From contig JBFMAZ010000082.1 in the NCBI GenBank assembly GCA_040755415.1, positions 66,296 to 130,295 of the forward strand: a stretch of DNA of 64,000 nt. Direction: 5' to 3'. Below, one piece after another: positions 9,290 through 19,471 of this stretch; position 1 is the stretch's first letter, and each line of letters begins with the position of its first letter. Under the pieces are notes generated by a model. That model did not search any database and had not been told where the DNA came from. It worked only from the letters and a program-made list of their open reading frames with translations. Source of the DNA: Thermodesulfobacteriota bacterium (lineage in GTDB: Bacteria; Desulfobacterota; QYQD01). Made by a program: the position numbers and the translations under genes.

Positions 9290-10069
9290 TTACAGATCTC
9301 TGCGCCTGTGCAAACGCGTGATACTTTCCACCGTGCGTACGACTTCCTCGTCAGGAAGCGGCGGCCTACAACGAACCACATTCCAGCATAAGAGTAACTC
9401 TAACACAACATCCGGGTCAACCCCATGCCAAAGCAGGTGTCCCGCCAGAGAGGCAATGGTGTTATTGCGCTCGCCTTCCGGAACGCCCTCCTTCACCAAG
9501 CGCCGCCAATAACCAAGGGGATGGCCTACAGCCCTGCCTTCTGCCTTGATCTCCGAGAGTAGCCAGTCAGGTATGGAAGCCAGCGGCGTACTGTCCGGTT
9601 CATGGGATGTTGCCCAGACATAGCGTTGACCGGACGGGTGCAGCGAGGGCGGGGCCACCACGCAGCCGCCGTCCCCTCGAAGGTCGATGCCCGCCGCGAG
9701 CCCAACCTTATTACGGATTATGCCACCGGGGTGAGCAAAGTAAACATGCCGTCCACTACCACCGGTAACCGCTTCGATGGTTCGTGGCAATGGGCCATGT
9801 ACTTCCTCCATCCCGGCCAGGCTGGCATCACCGCCATGCTTGGGATCGACATCCAGGACGATGAGCCCTGATATGCTCCCAGTAACGATGGCCACGTTGG
9901 CATCCCGCCACTGGTGAAACCAGCCTCTTACCTCATCTTCACTGGCCCGGCGGTACTGGTATTCCAGCCAGAGAACGGCCGGTCGTTTATCCTGCGGATG
10001 AATCGGGATCACCGACCAGCCGCGGGAAAGATAGTAGAGTGCGAATTCTTCGGCTGTCTTTGGGTTCAT
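9290..10069 (-). CDS. Prim-Pol (bifunctional DNA primase/polymerase N-terminal domain) protein with PriCT-like C-terminus.
   Basis: GWSVIPIHPQDKRP...VAIVTGSISGLIVLDVDPKHGG matches the Prim-Pol catalytic core. Typical of plasmid/phage/integrative-element replication modules. Confidence 0.7.
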   Translation of the reverse strand: MNPKTAEEFALYYLSRGWSVIPIHPQDKRPAVLWLEYQYRRASEDEVRGWFHQWRDANVAIVTGSISGLIVLDVDPKHGGDASLAGMEEVHGPLPRTIEAVTGGSGRHVYFAHPGGIIRNKVGLAAGIDLRGDGGCVVAPPSLHPSGQRYVWATSHEPDSTPLASIPDWLLSEIKAEGRAVGHPLGYWRRLVKEGVPEGERNNTIASLAGHLLWHGVDPDVVLELLLCWNVVRCRPPLPDEEVVRTVESITRLHRRRDL

Positions 10070-10169
10070 GCCAGGTGGCGACTACCTCAGTTCCTTGAAT
10101 AAGCCCTTCATTATCTCCACTTTTCTTACCGCATAGTCCTGGTAACAATTATTGAAGATAACGTATCAA

Positions 10170-10316
10170 TTTAGCTGTTTGAAAAAGCATTTTAAAATCC
10201 CTCCCAACCTCCCTTTTCCAAAGGGAGGAGAGACGTTTCCCCCTTTGAAAAAGGGGGATTAAGGGGGATTTTTGAGGCGCCGCTTTCTGGACGACCAGCT
10301 TTTTTCAAGCAGCTAA
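10170..10316. repeat. MITE-like palindromic element (family 1), copy A.
   Basis: Outer inverted repeats AGCTGTTTGAAAAAGC / GCTTTTTTCAAGCAGCT. Inner core 10195-10278 has terminal AAAATCCC...GGGATTTT and two hairpins (CTCCCTTTTCCAAAGGGAGG and TCCCCCTTTGAAAAAGGGGGA). Confidence 0.7.
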
Positions 10317-10487
10317 AGTGTTACAAGATAACAAAGACTATGTTGGCCGGTTCAGATACCACTTTTATCCGTTCCGCCCAGAGCATGGCATTTCGCGCGG
10401 CGGATGGCGAGTAGTAGGTTGAGTCTACTTCAACCGCGTCAAAGTGCCGGGGCGATTTTGGTGGTGGTATTATCCAGCCGCGCATTT

Positions 10488-10970
10488 CTATGTGCCAGTC
10501 CCACTTTTTTTCTTGTTAAGTCCTTCTCTCAGTAGCTCTATCCTTCTTTTTAAGTCCTTCATATCCACGAATGCCCTTTCAACCCTTCCTGGCAAGACCG
10601 TTTCCAAGGCAAGCTGGAGTTCACGCCCAAAACCCCTCTCCAGACAGATTTCATCGATGATTTCGTGATCGTAGATGCCTTTCTCTCTCGCGACCAGTTC
10701 GGCAAATTCATGGGCCATTATCCCCCTGGTTACATCATCGTCAATGGTATAGATAACGGATATTCCATAAACATCCTCCCTTGCAGTATAAATTAACCCG
10801 GGCTTGAGCCCCAGAACCTTCTCAAATTCTTCGAGCTTCATTGCCCTGCCGGGAGAGGATAGATGGAGTTCGAAATAGGTCTTGAGTAAAGAGACCTTTT
10901 CTTTTATATCACCAAACCCTTCCCTGACCTCCAGGAAAATATTTAAAACCTCTTCCTCCATGCAATCCAC
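10488..10970 (-). CDS. Hypothetical protein (160 aa) downstream of the Hel308-like helicase.
   Basis: Clean ORF with plausible composition; no recognisable family. Confidence 0.35.
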   Translation of the reverse strand: MDCMEEEVLNIFLEVREGFGDIKEKVSLLKTYFELHLSSPGRAMKLEEFEKVLGLKPGLIYTAREDVYGISVIYTIDDDVTRGIMAHEFAELVAREKGIYDHEIIDEICLERGFGRELQLALETVLPGRVERAFVDMKDLKRRIELLREGLNKKKSGTGT

Positions 10971-11271
10971 CTAATCCATTGTTGTCCTAATGCTGGCTAT
11001 GGTTAACTTATTTTACCATAATATTTTATCGGTGCCGATGCTGCGGTGGGAAGACTGAAAAGTCTTCAAGAATGGAAAAAGGCAGAGGTTATATTTTTCG
11101 GCGCCTGATTCTTCCTTGCATCCTGCACGCTGCCCTTTCAGAGGCAGGGCTGATAGAGGAGAAGACGGCCAGGGTTGTCCTTGTGCATGAAGTCCAGGTA
11201 TTTGAGGAATTTTCTTCTCTCATGGAGGAGAAGGATAAAAGAGTCACGAGTATCGTGACGTCAGAAGGGAT

Positions 11272-13428
11272 TTACCGGGCATCGACCGGCACCTGAACCT
11301 GGCTTTTTATGTCCTCTGCGATGGCCCTTCCAATGGCGGGAATCTTTGCCAGCTCCTCTGCGGTCGCCTCTTGGACGTCTTTGAGGCTCTTGTATCCGGA
11401 CTTAAACAGGTTTCTGGCCCGCACTCTTCCTATGCCTCGCAGAGCCACTAACGGGAGAAGTTCTTCTTTCACGCCATACAAAACCCTTGTTCGCAGAAGA
11501 GCCAGGATTTTCTGCGCCTCCTTCAGGCGAAAAATCCTGGCTATCTCGCCCGCAGAATAAAGCAGCCATTCTGAGAGCTCGACCAGTGTGCGCAGGTCAC
11601 CCGGGCCTATGCCAAAATGGCCCACTATCCTGTCTTCCGGTGTTTCTTCTATCCACGTCATCAGCGCACATGCAGTCTTGAGTTCGGAAAGGATATCTTC
11701 AAGTGGGTACTTCTCTTCAGCAGGGATTAAAAGACGGTCAGCATGTGTATGGAATACATTGAACATCTCCTCGAAGTCCCTTTTCTTCAGCGAAAGCACC
11801 CTCATGTCCGGGGTACGGGCTATCATGTGGAGGAACGGAAATACCTCTTTTTCCTTTGGCTGATGGAGTGCATCTCTTATTATTACCCCGGTCAAAGGGT
11901 CTATGTAGAGCTCGGAGACGCGGCGTCCAAACCTTGTGGCCATAAAACCGCCAGCATACGAAACTATCATTTCTTCAGTTTCGAGAAAGCCGAGTACATC
12001 ATCGGTGATTGAAGACAGGTAATCAGCGCCCTTTTGATAGGCAAAGAAGGTCTTTCCCAGGAAGTCCATCAGGTCGATCCTGTTTCTGGCAAAGCCGCCT
12101 GCTATGGATGCCAGGATGTGGGTCCTCAGGGCAGACTGGTTCGCGAGCTGCGAATTTATATTTTCCGGCTTTCCTCTGATGTAATTTCCAAAGACATGCT
12201 TCTCGTCTATCCTATTTCGGGCTACAATAACCGCTTCACCATACTTATCAAATCCTGGTCTTCCCGCCCTTCCTGACATCTGTTTTATCTCGATGACCGG
12301 GATAGGAAGCATGCCCATCCCGGACTCATACCTCAACCAATCCCGGATAATGACCCTCCTCGAGGGGAGATTGAGGCCCATGGCCAAAGTCGTGGTAGCA
12401 GCGACAAGCTTTATCTTGTGGGACCGGAAGGAATCCTCGATGAGCCTCCTCTGAGAGGAGGTAATCCCTGCGTGGTGGAAGGCCACACCGCCAGCGACGC
12501 ATTCTGCGAGTCTTTTACAGACGTGGGTGGGTTCAAGCGATCCTTTAACGATCTGCCCGGAAAGTTTCTTAAGGGCCTCCTTTTCCTGATTTAACAGTGC
12601 ACCGCCAACAAACGCCAAGGCCCTGCGGGCTACGGTCTCTGTTGCCTTCCGCGTGTTCACGAAGACAAGGGCTTGTCCGGAATCCCTTATAGTCTGGCTG
12701 GCGAGATCCACCACATCCACATCGCTCTCTCTTTGTACCCACTTTACAGTACCGTCGTTAAAAATTATGGCGTCATGACAATATACGCCCTCCCTTAGAG
12801 GTACAGGCCTCCAGTCAGATTCTACGAGCCGGGCACCTAACCATTCGGCAATCTCGGTGGCATTTGGAATGGTGGCACTAAGGGCTATGAGCCTGAGTCC
12901 CGGATTCGTGCCCCTTAACCGGGTGACAACCACCTCCAGGGTGGGTCCCCGGTAAGCGTCTCCGAGAAGGTGAATCTCGTCCACGACCACGAGGCCTATA
13001 TCCTTCAGCCAAGGGGTGCGGTGCCGTATAAGGGAATCCATCTTCTCGTTTGTGGATATGACCAGGTCTGCATGGTAGAGCCAGGGATCCGTGCTATCGT
13101 AGTCGCCTGTGCTTTGTAACACCCTCAGGCCGGTTTGCTGGTATTTCTCTGAGAAGTCCTCGTATTTTTCTCTGGCCAGTGCCCTCAGGGGAACAAGGTA
13201 TAGCGTCTTTCCTTTCGCTTCGAAGAACAGTCTTAGTGCCGCCATCTCGGCGATGAGCGTCTTTCCTGAGGCCGTGGGAGCAGCGACGACAAAGGAATCC
13301 CGGCCTCGCAACAAGTCTGCTTTCACGGCCAAGACCTGGGGCGGATAAAGCTCCTTGCGACCTGTAGAGGTCAGGGCCTCTATAAGTCGCTCAGAACCGC
13401 CATATGCACCTATGTCCTTTACAAGCAT
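11272..13428 (-). CDS. Ski2/Hel308-like SF2 DNA helicase.
   Basis: Walker A AAPTASGKT, DEIHLL motif II, helicase C domain, winged-helix region, and C-terminal helix-hairpin-helix (ALRGIGRVRARNLFKSGYKSLKDV...IPAIGRAIAEDI) as in archaeal Hel308. 718 aa. Confidence 0.8.
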   Translation of the reverse strand: MLVKDIGAYGGSERLIEALTSTGRKELYPPQVLAVKADLLRGRDSFVVAAPTASGKTLIAEMAALRLFFEAKGKTLYLVPLRALAREKYEDFSEKYQQTGLRVLQSTGDYDSTDPWLYHADLVISTNEKMDSLIRHRTPWLKDIGLVVVDEIHLLGDAYRGPTLEVVVTRLRGTNPGLRLIALSATIPNATEIAEWLGARLVESDWRPVPLREGVYCHDAIIFNDGTVKWVQRESDVDVVDLASQTIRDSGQALVFVNTRKATETVARRALAFVGGALLNQEKEALKKLSGQIVKGSLEPTHVCKRLAECVAGGVAFHHAGITSSQRRLIEDSFRSHKIKLVAATTTLAMGLNLPSRRVIIRDWLRYESGMGMLPIPVIEIKQMSGRAGRPGFDKYGEAVIVARNRIDEKHVFGNYIRGKPENINSQLANQSALRTHILASIAGGFARNRIDLMDFLGKTFFAYQKGADYLSSITDDVLGFLETEEMIVSYAGGFMATRFGRRVSELYIDPLTGVIIRDALHQPKEKEVFPFLHMIARTPDMRVLSLKKRDFEEMFNVFHTHADRLLIPAEEKYPLEDILSELKTACALMTWIEETPEDRIVGHFGIGPGDLRTLVELSEWLLYSAGEIARIFRLKEAQKILALLRTRVLYGVKEELLPLVALRGIGRVRARNLFKSGYKSLKDVQEATAEELAKIPAIGRAIAEDIKSQVQVPVDAR

Positions 13429-13634
13429 AAGGTCAGGTTATCCTAAATCATGAATAAATACAAAGGGAACAAAATAGGGTCAAGGACATGACCCGTTTTT
13501 TTGCTTTTCGGACCCGACATAGGATGTCCCCTAAACAAACTCCTCACCGGACCTCATTCTCCTTGCAAGAACCTTCTGCTCAATGGTATCCTTGCCCGAA
13601 TTTTTGATCTCCCTTATTCTCATAAATTAGGCGT

Positions 13635-15005
13635 ATGCTGGCGACCTTGCGCGACAAACAAATCTTCGGCTGGGCAATGTATGACTTTGCCAATTCCGCC
13701 TTTGCCACCACTATCTTGGCGGTAATCTTTAACAAATATTTTGCCCTGGAGGTGGCCGGGGGAGAAAGGGGAGTCTTCATCGCCGGCGTACACCTGCACG
13801 GGGCCACATTTTTTACCCTCATCGTCTCGTTTAGCATGGCTATCTCCGCCCTCACCGCTCCCATCCTGGGCGCGATAGCCGATTTTTCACAACGCAAAAA
13901 GGCATTCCTGGCCGGATTCTGCTATACCGGGATTATCTTTACCGCCCTCCTGTATCTGGTGCAGCCCGGAGATGTCTGGTCAGGGGCGTTCTTTTTCATT
14001 ATGGCCAATATCGGGTTTTCCGGCGGCAACGCCTTTTACAATGCCTTTCTGCCGCAGATAGCTACGCCCGCCAATGTCGGCCGCGTCTCCGGCCTGGGAT
14101 GGGCCTTCGGCTACATAGGAGGCGCCGCCCTATTGGTACTAAACCTCTTTATGCTGAACGGCCTCGATATCCCCGGATCAGGCCGTATAATATTTACCGT
14201 ACAGGCCTGTTTTCTCTCTGTGGCCATCTGGTGGGCATTGTTTTCCTTGCCCACTTTTCTATGGGTTCGAGAGAAGAAAGCGGATAGGAAGGGGGTTAAA
14301 GTCGGAGATACGCCGGGGCGTGATAGGACTTATGCGGCTATCGGCCTCGCCCGGGTAAAACGCACCCTCTCCCAGATCAAAAAGTTCCGCGAATTATCCT
14401 TATTTCTCATCGCCTTCCTATTCTATAATGACGGCATAGAAACTGTCGTCGTGATGACCTCCGTCTTTGCCGCCGAGGTGGTGGGGATGCAGACCCAAGA
14501 GATCATCTTTCTCTTTCTTTTTATCCAGGCGGTGGCCTTTGTCGGATCCATATTCTTCGGCTACGTCAGCGATCGTCTGGGCCACAAACGAACCATACTC
14601 TGTACCCTTTTTATCTGGATGATAGCCGTAATCTGGGCCTTTTTTCTGGGATGGCTTTTGGAACCACGGCGCGAATTCTGGATTATCTGTTTTCTGGCCG
14701 GGCTGGTGCTGGGAGGAAGTCAGGCGGCATCCCGCGCCTTACAGGGCATCCTTACCCCTGTCTCACACGCAGCGGAATTCTTCGGGTTCTTTGCTATCTC
14801 CGGCCGTTTTGCCTCTATTTTCGGCCCCCTATCTTATGGCCTTCTGATCTACCTTACCGGAAGCCTGCGTTGGGGAATATTATCCGTAGCGGTATTCTTT
14901 ATAATCGGGGCCCTAATACTGTTACAGGTAGATGAAAAAGCAGGAATGACGGAAAAGGCTGGTTATGAAGAACAATTATCCTCTAATATGGGAATAACTT
15001 CGTGA
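13635..15005 (+). CDS. MFS transporter (Atg22-like/UMF1 family).
   Basis: YDFANSAF N-terminal motif, 12 predicted TM segments, 456 aa. Confidence 0.7.
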   Translation: MLATLRDKQIFGWAMYDFANSAFATTILAVIFNKYFALEVAGGERGVFIAGVHLHGATFFTLIVSFSMAISALTAPILGAIADFSQRKKAFLAGFCYTGIIFTALLYLVQPGDVWSGAFFFIMANIGFSGGNAFYNAFLPQIATPANVGRVSGLGWAFGYIGGAALLVLNLFMLNGLDIPGSGRIIFTVQACFLSVAIWWALFSLPTFLWVREKKADRKGVKVGDTPGRDRTYAAIGLARVKRTLSQIKKFRELSLFLIAFLFYNDGIETVVVMTSVFAAEVVGMQTQEIIFLFLFIQAVAFVGSIFFGYVSDRLGHKRTILCTLFIWMIAVIWAFFLGWLLEPRREFWIICFLAGLVLGGSQAASRALQGILTPVSHAAEFFGFFAISGRFASIFGPLSYGLLIYLTGSLRWGILSVAVFFIIGALILLQVDEKAGMTEKAGYEEQLSSNMGITS

Positions 15006-15634
15006 AAACTATCCACATGATATGCCGCCGTTAGGTCTTTATTTTTGTAGGCTATAAGACTTACACCAGCAGTGCAGGCCGCCTTTTCGTCCAACTCCGA
15101 ATCACCGATATAAATAACCTCTTGCGGTAAGGCCTTAAACCTATCCATTATCTTCAGCAGGGATTCGGGATGCGGTTTGGAATTGGCGACATCCAGGGCT
15201 GAAACCACCATATCAAAATAACCCTTGAGTTCAAAGATCTCGAGGAGCTTATTCATGGTTGTGGTCCGATTGGTGGCAATAGCCACCTTATACTTCGGTC
15301 TCAGATACCTTAAAAACTCCTTCAACCCGGGTTCCATTATCATCAGGGGAAGAAATGGGATATAATCTGTGTTAAGCCGATACTGCTGCGCTGACTCCAG
15401 TTCTTTCCTGCCTCGAAAAAGATGGGCTATAGAGGCATCGGCCGTGTGCATATGTACATAAAATAGTTCCTCTTCGGTCATTTCCTTACGTCCGAAGGCC
15501 GCCAGTATATGATTATAAAAGGCACGATTGGCCTCCCGGGAATCAAACATGACCCCATCGCAGTCAAACACAACTACCTTAACCATAACTCTGCATAATC
15601 CCTTAGATAAAATGAGCTTGTTAAGCTTGCCCAA
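14963..15634 (-). CDS. HAD-superfamily hydrolase (phosphatase).
   Basis: VVVFDCDGVMFDS motif I, later IATN and GDSELD motifs. Real start may be the internal Met at about 15586. Confidence 0.8.
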   Translation of the reverse strand: MGKLNKLILSKGLCRVMVKVVVFDCDGVMFDSREANRAFYNHILAAFGRKEMTEEELFYVHMHTADASIAHLFRGRKELESAQQYRLNTDYIPFLPLMIMEPGLKEFLRYLRPKYKVAIATNRTTTMNKLLEIFELKGYFDMVVSALDVANSKPHPESLLKIMDRFKALPQEVIYIGDSELDEKAACTAGVSLIAYKNKDLTAAYHVDSFHEVIPILEDNCSS

Positions 15635-15714
15635 AAAATGTATTGCCCTATGATACCTAAATTTGGAATAATAGCAATAATCGATTGCTTCACAAATACC
15701 ATGGGGGTATTTAA

Positions 15715-17325
15715 GTGGAAATTAAAACTGATTTTTTAGTCATAGGCAGCGGCATTGCCGGACTTAGCTTTGCCTTGAAAGCGGCACGTTATGGCGAGGT
15801 AGCAATCGTCACCAAAAAGGCCATGATGGATACCAGCACCAATCTCGCCCAGGGGGGAATCGCTGCGGTCACAGGGCCGGACGACTCCTTTGAACTGCAT
15901 ATCGCAGATACCCTGCGCTCGGGAGACGGCCTGTCTCATCCGGATGTAGTGGAACTGGTCGTAAAGGAGGCCCCGGAAAGGATCAAAGAGTTAGTGGATA
16001 TCGGAGTACAATTTACTACACGGCCAGAAAACCAGACACGCTTTGACCTGGGTAAGGAGGGCGGCCATTCCCGCCGTCGTATCGTCCATGCCCAGGATCT
16101 CACCGGGCAGGAGATCGAAAGGGCCCTTATAGCCAGGACCAGAGAAAATCCACGCATTACTGTCTATGAAAACCATATTGCTATCGACCTCCTAACCAGG
16201 GGCAAGCTGTTAAAGAAAAAGGGTAAACCTAACCAGGAGACCTGCTTTGGGGCCTACGTTCTGGACACCCAAACAGGGTCAATCCATACCTTTCTGGCCA
16301 GGATAACCCTCCTCTGTACGGGTGGGGCGGGAAAGGTTTACCTCTACACCAGCAATCCAGACATCGCTACGGGTGACGGCATGGCCATGGCCTACCGGGC
16401 CGGGGCAAAGATGGCCAACATGGAATTTGTTCAATTTCATCCCACCTGCCTCTATCACCCCAAGGCCAAGAACTTTCTTATCTCAGAGGCCGTCCGGGGG
16501 GAAGGAGGAATCCTGCTTGATAAGCACGGCCTGGCCTTTATGGAAAAATATGATCCTCTAAAAGACCTGGCCCTGCGGGATGTCGTAGCCCGCGCTATAG
16601 ATACCGAGCTCAAGAAGAGCGGCGATGATTGCGTCTATCTGGACATCAGTCATCGTCCGGCAGATTTTATTAAGAATCGCTTCCCCAATATTTATCAGAA
16701 ATGCCTCTCCCTGGGCATTGACATCACCAGAGAACCCATTCCGGTTGTACCCGCCGCCCACTATATATGTGGAGGCATATTAACTGATATTTACGCCCGC
16801 AGCAGTATCGCCGGGCTTTATGCCATAGGCGAGACCGCCTGCACCGGGCTCCATGGGGCAAATCGCCTAGCTTCTAATTCTCTTCTGGAGGCGGTCGTCT
16901 TTGCCCATCAAGCACTGCTTTCGTCCACCGAAGAAATAGGACCTAAGTCCTCCTATACTCCGCCCTCAGTTCCGCCCTGGGATCCGGGTGGAGCCGTGGA
17001 CCTGCAGGAATCGGTACTTATATCTCACAACTGGGACGGAATACGCCGTCTCATGTGGAACTATGTAGGCATTGTACGGACAGACAAACGTCTGGCCCTG
17101 GCTCAAAAACGTCTCGAGTTTATACAAAAAGAGATACAGCAACATTACTGGGATTACATAATAACCGGGGATTTCTTAGAACTGCGCAACCTGGCCACTG
17201 TAGCGGAATTGATCGTCACCTGTGCCCTCCTGCGTAAAGAAAGCCGGGGTCTCCATTACAACCTCGACCATCCCTTTAAAGACGATGCACGCTATAAAAA
17301 GGACACCATTATCTGGCGACAGTAA
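15715..17325 (+). CDS. nadB: L-aspartate oxidase.
   Basis: FAD-binding DFLVIGSGIAGLSFAL, QGGIAA, succinate dehydrogenase/fumarate reductase flavoprotein fold, 536 aa. Confidence 0.85.
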   Translation: MEIKTDFLVIGSGIAGLSFALKAARYGEVAIVTKKAMMDTSTNLAQGGIAAVTGPDDSFELHIADTLRSGDGLSHPDVVELVVKEAPERIKELVDIGVQFTTRPENQTRFDLGKEGGHSRRRIVHAQDLTGQEIERALIARTRENPRITVYENHIAIDLLTRGKLLKKKGKPNQETCFGAYVLDTQTGSIHTFLARITLLCTGGAGKVYLYTSNPDIATGDGMAMAYRAGAKMANMEFVQFHPTCLYHPKAKNFLISEAVRGEGGILLDKHGLAFMEKYDPLKDLALRDVVARAIDTELKKSGDDCVYLDISHRPADFIKNRFPNIYQKCLSLGIDITREPIPVVPAAHYICGGILTDIYARSSIAGLYAIGETACTGLHGANRLASNSLLEAVVFAHQALLSSTEEIGPKSSYTPPSVPPWDPGGAVDLQESVLISHNWDGIRRLMWNYVGIVRTDKRLALAQKRLEFIQKEIQQHYWDYIITGDFLELRNLATVAELIVTCALLRKESRGLHYNLDHPFKDDARYKKDTIIWRQ

Positions 17326-17348
17326 CCGCCAGCCACAAAAAAGGCCTG

Positions 17349-17378
17349 CTTTATATCGATAAAGCAGGCCTCCTGCAT
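17349..17378. terminator. Bidirectional intrinsic terminator between nadB and the convergent oxidoreductase operon.
   Basis: Perfect 12-bp stem GGCCTGCTTTAT-ATCG-ATAAAGCAGGCC flanked by A6 on one side, giving a U-run for the minus-strand transcript. Confidence 0.6.
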
Positions 17379-17400
17379 ACTTCAAAGGTTTTATAAATTT

Positions 17401-18639
17401 CTATCTGGCCGGCGGATTCAAATCCCTTTCATACGGAAAGACCGGCAGGTAACGATAGGAAAGGGAGATAATTACAGCGCCGTAAGCAACTACGGCCAGT
17501 GAGGTCAACCATTCCTGCCAGCTCGGGAAGTAGATATACCACTTGTCAAATGGATACACAGGCATGGCCAGCGTCTGCACGATAAAGACAAAGCGGTTAA
17601 GGAGCACACCCGTCGAAGCCAGGGCGCAGGCAAGCACCAGCCATTTATCATTCTCGCGCAAGCGGCGAATGATAAGAATAAGGGCCGGGACTATCCCGCA
17701 TAACCCGATCTCCGCGAATAAAAGCCACAGGCCGTACTGGTAACCGTAATATTGTTCTAACCAGGTAAGCCCCCTGGAAGGAAGTATTTCTGTGGCCCAG
17801 TAATATGTATCCGCTATCTTTAAGATCAAATAACCACAGTATATCCAACCGGCGATCTTGGCCAGAACGGAAAGCGACTCCCGCGGCACAAGCCGTTTTT
17901 TCGTTATCTTTTGTACGATCATGGTGATAAGGATAGTAAACGTCGGCCCGGTAGAAATCGCCGAGAAGATAAAGAGGAAGAATGTCCATGGCCAGACAAA
18001 GAAACCTTCGCGGAAGGCAAACGGCCGGGCATACATTACACCATACATGCCGCCCAAAGAACCTTGATGGAAGAAGGAAAGGAATGTGCCTATGGCCGCA
18101 AATATGGCCATGGCCTCATGGAAATTGTGGCTCAGGGTATGCGCCACTGGATTAGCGTAGATCTTCCGGTTTTCAAGGATTAAGGGTACGTATTCAATAG
18201 TCAGAACCGTAAAATACAGGGTGATACAAAAGATAACTTCGGTCAGCATGGAGTGGATGTTGGGAAACCAGTAACCGAACCAACCCCGAAGCGGCTGGCC
18301 GATGTCCAGAGTCAATATCAATAGAGCGCTGCTGTAACAGATGAACCCGATGATAACGGCAAAGTTAATGAGGGCCTTAAGTTCCTTTACCCGTACCACA
18401 TAGGTAAGAAAGCCGCTGAAAAAGGCCCCGGCACCAAGGGCGATTACCCCTAAATCTGCAGTGATCCAGGCACCGAAGCCGAAGTAATCATTCATATTCG
18501 TCTGATTCAGGCCCTTCCAAAGTATCAAAAGGGCTGTAGTCACCGCACCACCCAGCACGAACAACCAAAGTGCCATCCATGCATAAAAGACCCCGGCACT
18601 ACACCTTTGCACTCCTTCTGGTATCCATGCACGATCCAT
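17401..18639 (-). CDS. NrfD/PsrC-like integral membrane quinone-interacting subunit.
   Basis: 412-aa polytopic membrane protein, last gene of the cytochrome-MopB-FeS-NrfD operon. Confidence 0.75.
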   Translation of the reverse strand: MDRAWIPEGVQRCSAGVFYAWMALWLFVLGGAVTTALLILWKGLNQTNMNDYFGFGAWITADLGVIALGAGAFFSGFLTYVVRVKELKALINFAVIIGFICYSSALLILTLDIGQPLRGWFGYWFPNIHSMLTEVIFCITLYFTVLTIEYVPLILENRKIYANPVAHTLSHNFHEAMAIFAAIGTFLSFFHQGSLGGMYGVMYARPFAFREGFFVWPWTFFLFIFSAISTGPTFTILITMIVQKITKKRLVPRESLSVLAKIAGWIYCGYLILKIADTYYWATEILPSRGLTWLEQYYGYQYGLWLLFAEIGLCGIVPALILIIRRLRENDKWLVLACALASTGVLLNRFVFIVQTLAMPVYPFDKWYIYFPSWQEWLTSLAVVAYGAVIISLSYRYLPVFPYERDLNPPAR

Positions 18640-18685
18640 ATAGTTCCCCTCTTTTCAACCAAAATTCAGGATTTAACCCTTGTTT

Positions 18686-19462
18686 TTAAGCCAGACCGCC
18701 TCTCTTCTTTCTCCCCAACGCATTATCCGCTAATTCTCTGATCCAGGACTCACTACTCAAATAATAGACCTTCGGCTGAGTACCCAGCTTCTCAAGCAAC
18801 CGGAAGGCCCCTGGACTTTTAATAAGTTTGGCCACAGCACTCTCCGGATCTTGCATGTTTCCGAAGGTAATCGCCCTCGTGGGACAGGCCTCAGCGCAGG
18901 CGGTCACATATTCGCCATCCTTCAGGTCCTTCCGGCCCTCCACATAGGCCTTGTCTTTGGCCTTCTGCAAGCGGTGGTTACAGAAGCTGCATTTCTCCAC
19001 CACCCCGCGCATACGCGGAGACATATCCGGGTTCAATAACTTATGCATGCCTTCCGGCCATACCGGATCCCACCAGTTGAAATAGCGGGCATGGTAAGGA
19101 CAGGCTCCAACGCAATACCGGCAACCTATACACCGGGTGTAAATCTGGCTGACAATGCCTGTCAATGGATTGTAGTCCGTAGCCATGACCGGACACACTG
19201 AAACGCACGGTGTATGGTGATCGCAGTGCATACAGGGCCGCGGGATGAAAGCCACCTTTGTATTTGGAAACGGCGCGCCATTCGTCACCTTATAGACCTT
19301 CATCCAGGTAACGCTGTGGAGTTTGTCCGACTCATCCTCCCGGACATAATGGTTGTTCTCTGAAAGACAGGCTACCGTACATGCACCACAGCCCGTACAC
19401 TTATCCAGGTCAATAACCATGCCATACTTTTCTTTGCTGGCGACCTCGTGATGCTCACTCAT
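18686..19462 (-). CDS. 4Fe-4S ferredoxin-type iron-sulfur subunit (PsrB/QrcC-like).
   Basis: Multiple CxxCxxCxxxCP motifs. Confidence 0.8.
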   Translation of the reverse strand: MSEHHEVASKEKYGMVIDLDKCTGCGACTVACLSENNHYVREDESDKLHSVTWMKVYKVTNGAPFPNTKVAFIPRPCMHCDHHTPCVSVCPVMATDYNPLTGIVSQIYTRCIGCRYCVGACPYHARYFNWWDPVWPEGMHKLLNPDMSPRMRGVVEKCSFCNHRLQKAKDKAYVEGRKDLKDGEYVTACAEACPTRAITFGNMQDPESAVAKLIKSPGAFRLLEKLGTQPKVYYLSSESWIRELADNALGRKKRGGLA

Positions 19463-19471
19463 ATCTCAACC

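Noticed and set aside
10488-13428. Hachiman (HamA/HamB) defence system, because of the Hel308/Ski2-like helicase.
   Set aside because: No DUF1837 HamA-like gene lies upstream. The adjacent 160-aa gene is downstream and too small. The helicase has the full Hel308 domain set including the C-terminal HhH.
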